A DNA stretch of 63,073 nt, the filler included, from Bilabrum cf. latius (Eukaryota), in the NCBI GenBank assembly GCA_965178125.1. It is 2 parts of 2 records of this genome, joined end to end, with 100 filler letters (N's around TTAATTAATTAA, not from the genome) between each part and the next. Parts side by side here need not be neighbours in the genome. Positions count along the whole stretch, not along the records: positions 1 to 31,613 come from CBCXTV010000015.1; 1 more part is not named here. One strand, written 5' to 3'. Below, one piece after another: positions 1-12,000 of the stretch; the stretch's first letter is position 1, and every line of letters starts with the position of its first letter. The notes beneath the pieces are model-generated. The model saw only the letters and a list, made by a program, of their open reading frames with translations. It was not told the origin of the DNA and did not search any database. A program made the position numbers and the translations under genes.

Positions 1-1051
1 GCCCGCAATGTCGGTGGGCAGCTCTCATGCCGTGCGGCCCCAAAGGAAATCGGATTCTCAGTTCGAACTCCTCGACCGATCTTGTGTCACACATTGGCTT
101 TAGCGATGTTCGCGATGTAGACTGTGGTTTGACGTGGCTTTCATTCGAAATTGGACTTCGATTTAAGGCTTCGCGTTTCAAAGACGAACATGTCACCATG
201 AATGACTTACACAACCAGCATGGATCGCCCACGGATTGTTTCCAGCCGGCGCAAGGCCACGCCCACGGGAGCGTCTTCTACGGGACGGTGACTTCGCGAT
301 CACCACACCGCTCGGTTAAGCCGGAGGGAGGAGTGACGCGGATACCGCTGCGCTGGGTGTTATATGAGGTTCTGTTCCAATTCTGCCGTTCGCCTGTTCT
401 AGGATGTTGGGTCTTCTTTACGTTATGTGTTCGCGTACGGCGCCGTCGGCGCTCGCTCGCCAAAAGTCAATGGCGGGAGGGCGGCTTCATCCAGGCTTCT
501 CAGACGCTCCCAAAGCGCGGGCGCCCGCGGAATAATGCTACAGAGCATCTCCCATGGCAACCGCTCACTGCCGTCCTGTGCCTGAGGTCGCCACCACGGC
601 ACATCCACCTTCATGATCTCTCCGCTCGCACGCCCGCCCAAAACTGCGCGACATTTTCGATTTCGCCACATGGACAGCTAGTGTCAACCACTCATTCCAG
701 AGACACTGCGCATGAAGACGGAATCATGTTTCTCCAAAGAAGCACGAGGTCCAGATGGAGCATGCCATGCACATGTATCGCCGAAGCACCTCCGATTTTA
801 CGGCAACACGCAAGCATCCAACAGATCGCGTAACATCGACGGACGTGTCAACATCACGACAGTGGTTCCTCGCACGCCGAGTGGCAGTATCAAGTCGAGC
901 CGGGGGCAACAAATCATGTTTACATCGGACATCGTCACAATATGTGCCCAACTTGTCGCTTCTCCGACGAAAAAATCTCACCGAGTTTCATCAACCTCAG
1001 ATTTTCAGCATGTCCATGTGGCTTTTTTTAGTCCATCTAGATTGGACGCGC

Positions 1052-2700
1052 TCAAACCACCTGTCGGCACCGCGCGGTCTGGAAGCAGCGCTTTCTGTAC
1101 ATGTCGACGCGTGCGCGTCGCTGTCGTTGCCAGCGCTGGGAGTTCGCGCCGTCCTGCGCCGGCTCCGGCTCTGTGACGAGCCAAGTCATGACATTCGTGA
1201 GCTGCCCATTGCTCTCGCTCAGGGCTTCCGTGACGCTCATCCCCTCCGGGTCCTCTTGCAGGACGCGAAGCGCGTTCGTTGGGGCTAAGTCGCGGAGAAA
1301 CTGGGCAGGCTCACGGCCTTCTGCCTGAGCATGAGCTACCCCGTGGAAAAAAGCCCCATTGGTCGTCCGCGCGTCCGAAAGGACCGCACCATGCGCCCGA
1401 TGGGTATTCGATCCATCCACGCGACACCAACATGTCGCGAAGTTGAGCGTCCTGGGTCCACAGGTCGAGGGACCGCGGCGGACGTTGTGTGATCCACACA
1501 TAGGGCATGCTACCGCTGGCTAACGGTACGCGCGCATACACACGAGGCTCACCAGACCATTCCAATGAGATGAGTTCCCGCACGCGATACCCTCCGCCAT
1601 GAGAACACGTTCTGCCGGGCAGTTCACGTGTCCCTGACTGCGACCACCAACGCGCCCAAGCATTGGATCGCACCGCGCCGGCTAAATTCATCGACACGTG
1701 CTTATCGGAAAATCCGCCTATGGGCGGGCACACCAAGCACGCACCGCACTGTTGTTGTGGCAACTCACCGTTCATTTGGTTCATCAACCAAACGTCGATG
1801 TGCCCCGGTTTCGTGCGACCCATACGATCGAGGAGGTATCGAGCGCCAGCCGCCGTGAAGCCCAGCATAGTGCTGCCATAACTGACGCGGTTGCCGCGCA
1901 CGTTCCGTTTTTGCTCCGGCTGCGCGGCGTTCCATGACAACCACACGACATTGCCACGCTGAACGCGAGCCGCTTCGTTGCAGATCGCTACGAGGTCGGT
2001 TAATTCTGGGCTCACTTCGGAAAATCCTTCTGGCACGGCTCGCCCTTCCGCCCGCTCGAGCCCGGAGATCATGGGAGTCGCCTGTGATTCTCGTCGCGAT
2101 CTCTTAGACCGCTGGCCGGCTGTGACCTCCGCCCTGTGCGCCGCCGTCCCGCCTTGGCTCCCCGGGCGACCGGCTCCGGTGGAGCCTGCGGAGACAGCGG
2201 ACGCAGGGACTCCGGCGGATGAGGCAGCAGCCCCTGACCCCGGCCCGCCCGTACTCTGCTCTCCGATCAACGGCATCCATGTTTCCGGGGCGAGGTCGTC
2301 CCAAGGGTATGCCCGCCAGTCGTGCTCGCAGTATAAGAAGAGGGTGTCCGGCGCGTGGCGCTCGTCAAGCATCCACGGGAATGCACAATCCTCCACCAAT
2401 GAAGTATCCGATCACATGGGAAGGAAATGAAACACCCACATGCTTCAGAAAAAACCACCCGCAATGCATGGACACTGGATGCGTGAACGGACTTATGGTT
2501 TGCGATTCACGGGCCAAGCCGCCCGAAACCAATACCAGATGCAGTGCGGGATCGGCACCTCCGGCGTCATCTTCGCAGTGCGTCCAATACATGCTAAGAT
2601 CTGCGCCGGTCTCAATCTGTACGGCAAGTACGGAAAATAGCTGGCCGTCTCCGCGGTTTCGTGCGTCAGCATGAGCACCTGAAATCAGACATATGAACAT
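1052..2700 (-). CDS. Putative glycosyltransferase family 25-like protein (cargo of element A; frameshifted or spliced)
   Basis: Core ORF 1311-2399 has FLYCEHDW, VVWLSW, YGSTMLGFTAAGARYLL and HIDVWL in an order resembling the GT25 motifs (xEDD, TxxYxxsxxgAxxLL, pvD). The C-terminus continues in ORF 1052-1501, since copy 2 reads through as WGFFQGVAHAQAEGREP. A possible N-terminus lies in 2365-2700. Boundaries are approximate. Confidence 0.45.
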
Positions 2701-2877
2701 GACATTGGATGTACCTGGAGTTCATGGCATTTCAGTGGAAAATCGGTTCGAAAACATGGGAAACGTATGACATTTTTCTCGGGCCACAAGCACCGACGGC
2801 GACCAGCTCATCTGATGCTATGTGATTCCAAAATGGAACAGAGCGCCAAAAATATGGAACCAACCTAGCCGTGTATG

Positions 2878-3336
2878 TCATGACACGTGAGCAACTGTGA
2901 CGCGAAAAATCCCCATCAGCGCCTGCACCGGGCGGCCCAGAACCATCGTTACATGCTTCTCCGGGCTGTAAGCCGCAGATTTCAACGCGAGGTCAAGTCT
3001 CACTCGCTGCAAGAGCTCTGCTGTGCCTGCGGCGACGGTGGCGGCGGCACTGGCTGTAGCGGGTGCAGCGGCGCCTGCGGCCGTGGCCGCAGTGCTCGTC
3101 GGAGGCCCCACGGCGGCGGCGGCGGCTGCTGCGCGCCATCGCATGGACGTATCGACGTCAGGCTGGTCATGCGCGGCAGCGAGCCGTGCGGGTCTGCCCA
3201 AGCGCTGCTCTGTGAGCGCCACCCACTCCGGCGGAGCTGGTGGCGCCGGCTCCGCTTGCGCTGCGCTGTGCTGGGGCATGGAGCGCCGTGACAGGGCTCG
3301 CGGCGCAAGACGCACCAGAGCTTCGGCCCCAAACAT
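2878..3336 (-). CDS. Hypothetical Ala/Pro-rich protein
   Basis: ORF co-oriented with the other element A genes. Copy 2 has a ~145 bp deletion here. No recognisable motif. Confidence 0.25.
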   Translation of the reverse strand: MFGAEALVRLAPRALSRRSMPQHSAAQAEPAPPAPPEWVALTEQRLGRPARLAAAHDQPDVDTSMRWRAAAAAAAVGPPTSTAATAAGAAAPATASAAATVAAGTAELLQRVRLDLALKSAAYSPEKHVTMVLGRPVQALMGIFRVTVAHVS

Positions 3337-3853
3337 GCCACGAGCTGTGTCTCATCATGCGGGTGCGTGTGTCCTCACCCCGCGTCGCAATCCAATCTTC
3401 AGTGACGCACAGGCACTCTCATTCCAACCCATGCTGGATCACAATTTCCCAGACACATGCCATCAATCGCAAGTCCACATGACACAAAACACCTGCAAAA
3501 CAAACAAGCTCGATCACTCAGCTGAGCAGTGAAACACCCCATGGCCATGTGATTTCATTCACTGCGACAAGAGAAATACCACAATTCGATCGGTTTTCGG
3601 ACAGATGCGGGGAACCTCACGATTTTCCATGAACGCTCGAAGCCCCACAGATTCAGTTTCCCAGACGCGCCCGATTGGATACGTTTTTCCGCGACCACCG
3701 TATCGCCTCCATTTCTCCGGGGCCTCTATACATGCAAAAGACTTTTACACACTGTACATAGACCGATGCCAGAGAATCGTCGATGCAGGGCGAACAGCTC
3801 CTGTCATCGACATTCGGTGTTGTGCGAACGGCTCCAATCACCGACAGGATCTC

Positions 3854-4384
3854 CTATGGCCATCGCTCTCCAATCGAGCGCGCACGGCGTCTGAGCTCCA
3901 AGCCCTGTTCTTGGCTGCAGCCGATAAAAAAGCAACGTCTAAAAAACTCGGTCCACTCGGATGAAGCAAGCGGTCGCGAGTCGCGCGCGTCCGCAGGGAC
4001 GAGCGCGGCATTCAGCACGCTCCCAGTTGAGCAATGCAACCAGGCACGACGGTCGAGCTCCTTCAAATAATGCTGCTTTCGAACGAGAGGATTACCGGAA
4101 CGACTTGGCGCGGATGCGGCTATGGCAGTGCGTCCATTCTGCACGTCTGTTATCCACGCATTGTACTGATTCCGTATGTCCGAAATGTGCCGGCGAATCC
4201 ATTCCTGTGACCGCGGGCTGTCAAGCCTGCGCGCCGGGACTGCGGCACGAGCCTCGCCGGGTTCGCTGGCCGGCGTGATAGGACTCGGGACACAAAGATC
4301 ACAATTCATCCTGTGGCTGTCACCAGATGTCTGCGTAAACCACACCGCATGCTCCGACACTGCATCTCGGATGATGTGCTCCAT
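3854..4384 (-). CDS. ORF-X, conserved hypothetical protein of the element family
   Basis: Homologous to B 39062-39511: SPITPASE/SPISPADE, EWIRRHI..IRNQYNAW/AWVRSYM..CEAQYRRW, EWTEFFRRCFFIGCSQEQGLELRRRARSIGERWP/EWQEFNRRIRWLGCTPTQGVELRRRAREVGVKWP. Confidence 0.8.
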   Translation of the reverse strand: MEHIIRDAVSEHAVWFTQTSGDSHRMNCDLCVPSPITPASEPGEARAAVPARRLDSPRSQEWIRRHISDIRNQYNAWITDVQNGRTAIAASAPSRSGNPLVRKQHYLKELDRRAWLHCSTGSVLNAALVPADARDSRPLASSEWTEFFRRCFFIGCSQEQGLELRRRARSIGERWP

Positions 4385-5979
4385 GCGTGGGAATGAAAAA
4401 CATGTCGCACATGCTCCCCGAAAGAAAAATCAAGCATGAGAGAAAACATTGCTCCCCGCATCGTCCTGAAAACATCAACCTCAGTAAAGGTCATGGGAAA
4501 CACCTGAGGGGTTTTGTTCTCTTTTGATCGATCGCACAACGGCACACGCACAATCGTCGGGCAAAGCATTGGCACCACGTGGCGACGACCCATACCCAAA
4601 AAAAAGTCACTGCGACTCCGCACCGGCAACTCGCGCTCTTTCCGGGCAAGCCCGAAAAGCCGGGGACAATTTGCCGGGCAATGCTGATGATGAAATCCCA
4701 TATAGAGAGAAGATACACGAACTCCGACAGAAACACGCTGGCCCCACACACAAAGATCCCCAGTGTTTATACATGCGCTAACTTTTTCCTGTACAAGATC
4801 GAGTCACACAACCAAGCGGGGATGCTAATACAACTTGACACTCGACGGTACCGCATCAATGAGGACGCTCCTTCTCAACACCGGCGCGCTGAAGATTCAT
4901 GACAAACGATGACAGCCGACAAAGGCGCTTGCGTCCCAGGAACCAACAGGGGCTCTATTCAATACGCGGAAAAAGGACTCAGAAAACGATTCTGAATGAT
5001 GACGACAGGGACTAAACAGCTCCATGAACAACTATGTCACACGATCGTCGGCGCAAGTAATCGCACCGCCTAGCCGGTAACCAACGCAGCTGTACAAAGC
5101 CCTCACAGAGAGACTAGACAGTCCACATGACAACCGCCGAATCACACGGCGCACGATCGCCAACGAAACTATACACATAACATCCGCGTGGCACCGCAAC
5201 TGAGAAGACGAGAAAAAAAAAAGGAAGCACATGAACAGTCGTTGCCGCCAAAGAAGTGCCGCTACACATGTGGTCTCGTGGGCGACTGACCGCGGGCAAC
5301 GCGCAATCCGGCAGTGCCCAGTGGACATAGACCGCCACGTAACAGGTCTGACCACCAATCCGGGGTGCACAGACACCCTAGAGGGACGTGTATCCTGTGC
5401 CCAGACCGGATTCGATTTTCCGGTCGGTTTCTGGGGCCCATTCTGAGGCCGGATTCTGTCCAGGACTTCCGCGGAAAAAAGCCGATACCCTTCTGTTGGC
5501 GACCCCGTCTTTCGAACACACCTTTCGGGACTAAAATCCAGCCCCGAAAACAAGCCCGCCCCAGGGCGCTTTGCGTCACTCTACTGTGGGGTCCTCGAGG
5601 GGCCCAAAAAACGAACCGGGGACGAGCCCCGAAAAGCGTCGCGACCGGGGCCCGCCCTGTGATCCCTGCGATAGGAAGAGCTGGGAATGGCGGCCCGCGG
5701 GCCTGCTGCGACTGGAGCGTCAAAGTCGACAAGGTCCCAGACAGGATGCGGTGCCACCTGGCCCGACACGAGCTGGTGTACTATGCGTGCGCGGCGCTAC
5801 GCGGAGTTTGAGGTGCCGATCAGTTTCCTCTGCAACCGCTACGCCACCTGGACCCCTGCCGCACAGAGAGACGCCCGACCCCTGCCACACAAAGAGATGT
5901 CGACGGCGCGCTGCCAGCGGAAGCACATTGGGCGAAGCGGCCTGGACATCCTCGAGACCCTGGAGAAATCAAGGCCGGC

Positions 5980-6160
5980 GCCATCGAAATCCATGCCGCC
6001 GCCGCCATGGAAATCCATGGCGCCGCCATCGAAATCCATGCCGCCGCCACCGAAATCCATGCCGCCGCCGCCATCGTCGAAATCCATTCCGCCGCCAACA
6101 CCGAAATCCATGCCGCCGCCACCGAAATCCATGCCGCCGCCGCCATCGAAATCCGTGCCG
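5980..6160 (+). repeat. 18/21-bp minisatellite GAAATCCATGCCGCCGCC(GCC)ACC
   Basis: Tandem units are visible directly. Further clusters lie at about 6340-6405, 6800-6908 and 9560-9722, and in the second 5.7 kb unit. Confidence 0.9.
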
Positions 6161-8028
6161 GGCGTGCGCGGCGCTACGCGGAGCCGAAGATGCCGATCAG
6201 CTTCCTCTGCAACCGCCACGCCACCTGGGCCCCTGCCACACAAAGAGACACCCGACCCCTGCCACACAGAGAGATGCCGACGGCGCGCTACCAACGGGAG
6301 CACATGCCCCTGGTGTAGAAGGCCCGACGCCGCCGCCGCGACCGAAATGCATGCCGCCGCCACCGAAATCCATGCCGCCGCAGCCATCGAAATCAATGCC
6401 GCCGCTGCCGAGCTCCGTCTCGCCAACCCACCGTCACTTTCAATCAAATCTGCTGGAATTTCCAGCGCTGTGCGGGAACGCGAGATTGAGAACGCGCACC
6501 TCCGAGGAATTCCTGTTCGAGACATTCCCCTGGTTTTGACCCAGCACTGGTGATTGAGGCCACAGCGGCGGTCGAGCGGGTGGCTGCAGCAACGGCGGCC
6601 GAGTCCGCAACGGCGGCGGTTACGGCAGGGACCCCGCAAACTCTCTACTGGAAACCGAACGCCAGGTTTGCTGGGTGGAGACCCCAGAACCCTTGGCCAT
6701 GAAACCTTGCCATAGAAGGAAGGAGAGGCTCTTCGGTTTTATGACTCGGGGATACGAAGAGCTGGGAATAGCGGGCGAGCAGAAGTCCGGCCAGCCGGCC
6801 ACCGAAATCCACGCCGCCGCCGCCATCGAAATCCATGCCGCCGCCACCGAAATCCATGCCGCCGCCGCCACCGAAATCCATGCCGCCGTCACCACCGAAA
6901 TCCATGCTCGCGCCACACATGCCGCTGGTGTAGCAGGCATGCGCGTTGGACACATGCCTCCGGCGCCGCACGGCTTGATCTGGGAGCGGTTGCTCGAGGC
7001 CACCATGCCGGCTCCAGTGGAGGAGGACTCGCGCGGCTGCTCTCCCCCTAGGAGTCCCGGCCTCCTGATCGAGGCTGAGCTCCGAGGATAGGAAGAGCTG
7101 GGAATAGCGGGCGGGCAGGAGTCCGGCCAGCCGGCCACATGAACGTCTTGTTATGCGACAACGAAAGAGGTGGGCTTCCTGCAGCACGACTTCCGCTGCA
7201 AGGGGATCAGCCCCACGTTCCGCGCCGCCTTCGCCGCAGCGTTGGGCGCCGAAACCGCTGGCGCCACATCTACGCGACGACGCTGGCCATGGAACCTCGG
7301 CAAAGTGAAAGGAACGGCGCTTTCGGCACTTGGAATAACCGAGCCAGGCGCCGTTCACAGTTACGGGTCCGGTGCATGAAACGAGGCTGGAGCTCTTGGC
7401 CACCTTGGGCCAAGGATTGGCTATGAGGGTTGGGTGCAAGGGTCCTCGTGCCGCTCTGGCTTTCGTTGCCGCGAAGTGGTCGAAAAACGGCCGTTTTGGG
7501 GCGCGGACTGGCGCCTCGCGACCTGTGGGACCTATGGCTCCGGTACGAGAAACGGACGGGAAGCGAACGACAACACCGGGGCCGGGTGGCGGGGCACGAA
7601 CTGCAAACGGACGGGAAACGAGCGGCAGGACCAGCAAGGCGGAGACGGGCAGGAGGCGGACTGGCCATGGAAATCTGCAGGGAAAGAAGGAACGGCGCTT
7701 TCGGCACTTGGGACTCCCCTGCCCACCGGAAGGAATTGGTCTTCTTCGCCACCCACCGATGCTGCCTCCCAAGCATTCCCGCAGCTGGCCCATATAATAC
7801 AACGTCATCGCCGAGCTCGGGAAGACCAAGCAGAAAGTGTTCTGCGAAATGTTCAAGTTCAGCCGGCGGCCGCCGAGGGCAGTGAGTGAGCCACGCCGGC
7901 CGGCATACTCGCGGCCATTCTACTTCTGTACGACTTTCCGCGGCTCGTCTAGAGGCGGACGGACCACTTGAGCTCTCAAGGCGGACTCCGAAAGCTCTTT
8001 TGAACAGCGGTCCAGGAATACCTCGCAC

Positions 8029-8224
8029 AGCCGACATTGTTCCAAAGCCTGCGCTGCAAAGGCCTCGCCGACGTCCTAATCCAACGCGACAGCTTCTTAT
8101 AAAACCGGTTGTACACCACAATTGGAAACAAAACATCCCTAGCAGAGGCGTCAGGCAGGGGACCACTCGACCGCGGCGAACGGCTCGCGTCTCGAGGGCC
8201 ACCAATAGCGTCGTCTGGTGGATG
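8029..8224 (-). pseudogene. Captured 5' fragment of element A Rep gene (also 10439-10633, 13731-13926, 16135-16330)
   Basis: Near-identical to 20367-20560. Encodes SGPLPDASARDV.FPIVVYNRFYKKLSRWIRTSARP.QRRLWNNVG. Confidence 0.85.
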
Positions 8225-8287
8225 GTTCTACGGCGCCTTCCGACGAGTCGGAATTCCTCCTCGTTTAGGTAGTATACGAGAGCCGGG

Positions 8288-9035
8288 TGACGCGGAGAGC
8301 AGGTGGAAAAAAAAACGCACTGGTGAATGGTAGGTCCCCACGACCTGTTGGCGTCCCCCCTTTCGAGCACACCTTTCGGGGCGAAAACCCGCCCCGCGAA
8401 GCGTCCCGACGAACTGTTGGCGACCCCCTCTTTCGAGCACACCTTTCGGGACTAAAATCCAGCCCCGAAAACAAGCCCGCCCAAGGGCGCTTTGCGTCAC
8501 TCTACTGTGGGGTCCTCGAGGGGCCCAAAAAACGAACCGGGGACGGCCCCGAAAAGGGTCGCGACCGGGGCCCGCCCTGTGGTCCCTGCAATAGGAAGAG
8601 CTGGGAATGGCGGCCCGCGGGCTTGTTGCGACTGGAGCGTCAAAGTCGACAAGGTCCCAGAAGACGCGGAGAGCAGGTGGAAAAAAAAACGCACTGGTGA
8701 ATGGTAGGTCCCCACGACCTGTTGGCGTCCCCCCTTTCGAGCACACCTTTCGGGGCCAAAACTCGCCCCGCGAAGCGTCCCCACGAACTGTTGGCGACTC
8801 CGTCTTTCGAACACACCTTTCGGGACTAAAATCCAGCCCCGAAAACAAGCCCGCCCCAGGGCGCTTTGCGTCACTCTACTGTGGGGTCCTCGAGGGGCCC
8901 AAAAAACGAACCGGGGACGGGCCCCGAAAAGCGTCGCAACCGGGCCCCGCCCTGTGATCCCTGCGATAGGAAGAGCCGGGAATGGCGGCCCGCGGGCCTG
9001 CTGCGACTGGAGCGTCAAAGTCGACAAGGTCCCAG
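8288..9035. repeat. Two tandem ~375 bp subrepeats containing several CTG-core end-like motifs
   Basis: GACGCGGAGAGCAGGTGGAAAAAAAAACGCACTGG...GTCGACAAGGTCCCAGA repeats at ~8290 and ~8663, again at ~10700-11450, and in unit 2. Confidence 0.85.
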
Positions 9036-12000
9036 AAAGGATGCGGTGCCACCTGGCCCAACACGACCTGGTGTACTAGGCGTGCGCGGCGCTACGCGGA
9101 GTTTGAGGTGCCGATCAGTTTCCTCTGCAACCGCTACGCCACCTGGACCCCTGCCTCACAGAGAGACGCCCGACCCTTGCCACGCAGAGAGATGCCGACG
9201 GCGCGCTGCCAGCGGAGGCACAGTGGGCGAAGCGGACCCGGACATCCTCGAGACCCTGGAGAAATCAAGGCCGGCGCCATCGAAATCCATGCCGCCGCCG
9301 CCATCGAAATCCATTATTCTGCCGGAAAGTCAGTGGTATCCATTGGGCAGTGCCGGATGTTGTCTTTGGCGCGGTCTGTCGCGTACGAGGCGGCGTGCGC
9401 GGCGCTACGCGGAGCTGAAGATGCCGATCAGCTTCCTCTGCAACCGCCACGCCAAGTGGACCCCTGCCACACAAAGAGACACCCGACCCCTGCCACACAG
9501 AGAGATGCCGACGGCGCGCTGCCAACGGAAGCATATGCCCCTGGTGTAGAAGGCCCGACGCCGCCGCCGCCACCGAAATGCATGCCGCCGCCACCGAAAT
9601 CCATGCCGCCGCAGCCATCGAAATCCATGCCGCCGCCACCGAAATCCATGCCGCCGCCGCCACCGAAATCCATGCCGCCGCCAGCGAAATGCATGCCGCC
9701 GCCACCGAAATCCATGCCGCCGCAGGCACCGACATCCGGCCGCGATCTCCCTGCGAGGCCCGGCCTCCTGATCGAGGCTGAGCGCGGACGATAGGAAGAG
9801 CTGGGAATGGCGCGCGAACGTCGAAGGTGTGACGCGGGCACTTTCCACGGAGCAAGGCGCATTCGGTGTCCATGTGCCGGAGCGAAACCATTTCGGGGAT
9901 ACGTGCGGATGAGGCTGGCCGATGCAGAATGAATGATATCATCGAGCGCACGGCCTCGCTTGCCGCACCCGTTCTTCTACGCCGGATCCATGAACAACTA
10001 TGTCACACGATCGTCGGCGCAAGTAATCGCACCACATCTCCGGTAGCCAACGCAGCTGTACAAAGCCCTCACAGAGAGACTAGACGAGGCTGGCCGATGC
10101 AAAATGAATGATATCATCGAGCCCCCGGCCTCGTTTGCCGCACCCGTTATTCTACGCCGCGGCGTTAGATTCGGCGAGAGCGAGCTGCAACCGCCGAGAG
10201 CGGTACTACAGCTCCGTCTCGCCAACCCACCGTCACTTTCAATCAAATCCGCTGGAATTTCCAGCGCTGTGCGGGAACGCGAGATTGAGAACTGAGTGAG
10301 CCACGCCGGCCGGCATACTCGCGGCCATTCTACTTCTGTACGACTTTCCGCGGCTCGTCTAGAGGCGGACGGACCGCTTGAGCTCTCAAGGCGGACTCCG
10401 AAAGCTCTTTCGAACAGCGGTCCAGGAATACCTCGCACAGCCGACATTGTTCCAAAGCCTGCGCTGCGAAGGCCTCGCCGACGTCCTAATCCAACGCGAC
10501 AGCTTCTTATAAAACCGGTTGTACACCACAATTGGAAACGAAACATCCCTAGCAAAGGCGTCAGGCAGGGGACCACTCGACCGCGGCGAACGGCTCGCGT
10601 CTCGAAGGCCACCAATAGCGTCGTCTGGTGGATCGCTCTACGGCGCCTTCCGACGAGTCGGAATTCCTCCTCGTTTAGGTAGTATACGAGAGCCGAGTGA
10701 CGCGGAGAGGAGGTGGAAAAAAAACGCACTGGTGAATGGTAGGTCCCCAAGACCTATTGGCGTCCCCCCTTTCGAGCACACCTTTCCGGGCCAAAACCCG
10801 CCCCGCGAAGCGTCCCGACGAACTGTTGGCGACCCCCTCTTTCGAGCACACCTTTCGGGACTAAAATCCAGCCCCGAAAACAAGCCCGCCCAAGGGCGCT
10901 TTACGTCACTCTACTGTGGGGTCCTCGAGGGGCCCAAAAAACGAACCGGGGACGGCCCCGAAAAGGGTCGCGACCGGGGTCCGCCCTGTGGTCCCTGCAA
11001 TAGGAAGAGCTGGGAATGGCGGCCCGCGGGCTTGCTGCGACTGGAGCGTCAAAGTCGACAAGGTCCCAGAAGCCGCGGAGAGCAGGTGGAAAAAAAAACG
11101 CACTGGTGAATGGTAGGTCCCCACGACCTGTTGGCGTCCCCCCTTTCGAGCACACCTTTCGGAGCCAAAACTCGCCCCGCGAAGCGTCCCCACGAACTGT
11201 TGGCGACCCCGTCTTTCGAACACACCTTTCGGGACTAAAATCCAGCCCCGAAAACAAGCCCGCCCCAGGGCGCTTTGCGTCACTCTACTGTGGGGTCCTC
11301 GAGGGGCCCAAAAAACGAACCGGGGACGAGCCCCGAAAAGCGTCGCGACCGGGGCCCGCCCTGTGATCCCTGCGATAGGAAGAGCTGGGAATGGCGGCCC
11401 GCGGGCCTGCTGCGACTGGAGCGTCAAAGTCGACAAGGTCCCAGACAGGATGCGGTGCCACCTGGCCCGACACGAGCTGGTGTACTAGGCGTGCGCGGCG
11501 CTACGCGGAGTTTGAGGTGCCGATCAGTTTCCTCTGCAACCGCTACGCCACCTGGACCCCTGCCGCACAGAGAGACGCCCGACCCCTGCCACACAAAGAG
11601 ATGTCGACGGCGCGCTGCCAGCGGAAGCACATTGGGCGAAGCGGCCTGGACATCCTCGAGACCCTGGAGAAATCAAGGCCGGCGCCATCGAAATCCATGC
11701 CGCCGCCGCCATGGAAATCCATGGCGCCGCCATCGAAATCCATGCCGCCGCCACCGAAATCCATGCCGCCGCCGCCATCGAAATCCATTCCGCCGCCAAC
11801 ACCGAAATCCATGCCGCCGCCACCGAAATCCATGCCGCCGCCGCCATCGAAATCCGTGCCGGGCGTGCGCGGCGCTACGCGGAGCCGAAGATGCCGATCA
11901 GCTTCCTCTGCAACCGCCACGCCACCTGGGCCCCTGCCACACAAAGAGACACCCGACCCCTGCCACACAGAGAGATGCCGACGGCGCGCTACCAACGGGA

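Larger units (their letters stand above)
1..5495 (-). mobile_element. Element A, partial copy 1 (terminal 5.5 kb)
   Basis: Position 1 matches 25090 and similarity continues to the terminus ...AAAAAAGCCGATACCCTTCTG (5495), equivalent to ...GATACCCTACTG at 30456. Confidence 0.85.

Noticed and set aside
27-833. 268 aa ORF (397 aa in copy 2)
   Set aside because: Antisense to the element's genes, no motifs, and ends differ between copies; not supported as a gene.
5571-6553. Proline-rich (PKSMPPPP)n ORFs and their copies
   Set aside because: The 18/21-bp minisatellite is open in all frames on both strands; there is no independent evidence of coding.
5980-9722. Possible CRISPR-like repeat array
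   Set aside because: Repeats are directly tandem without unique spacers, and no cas genes are present.
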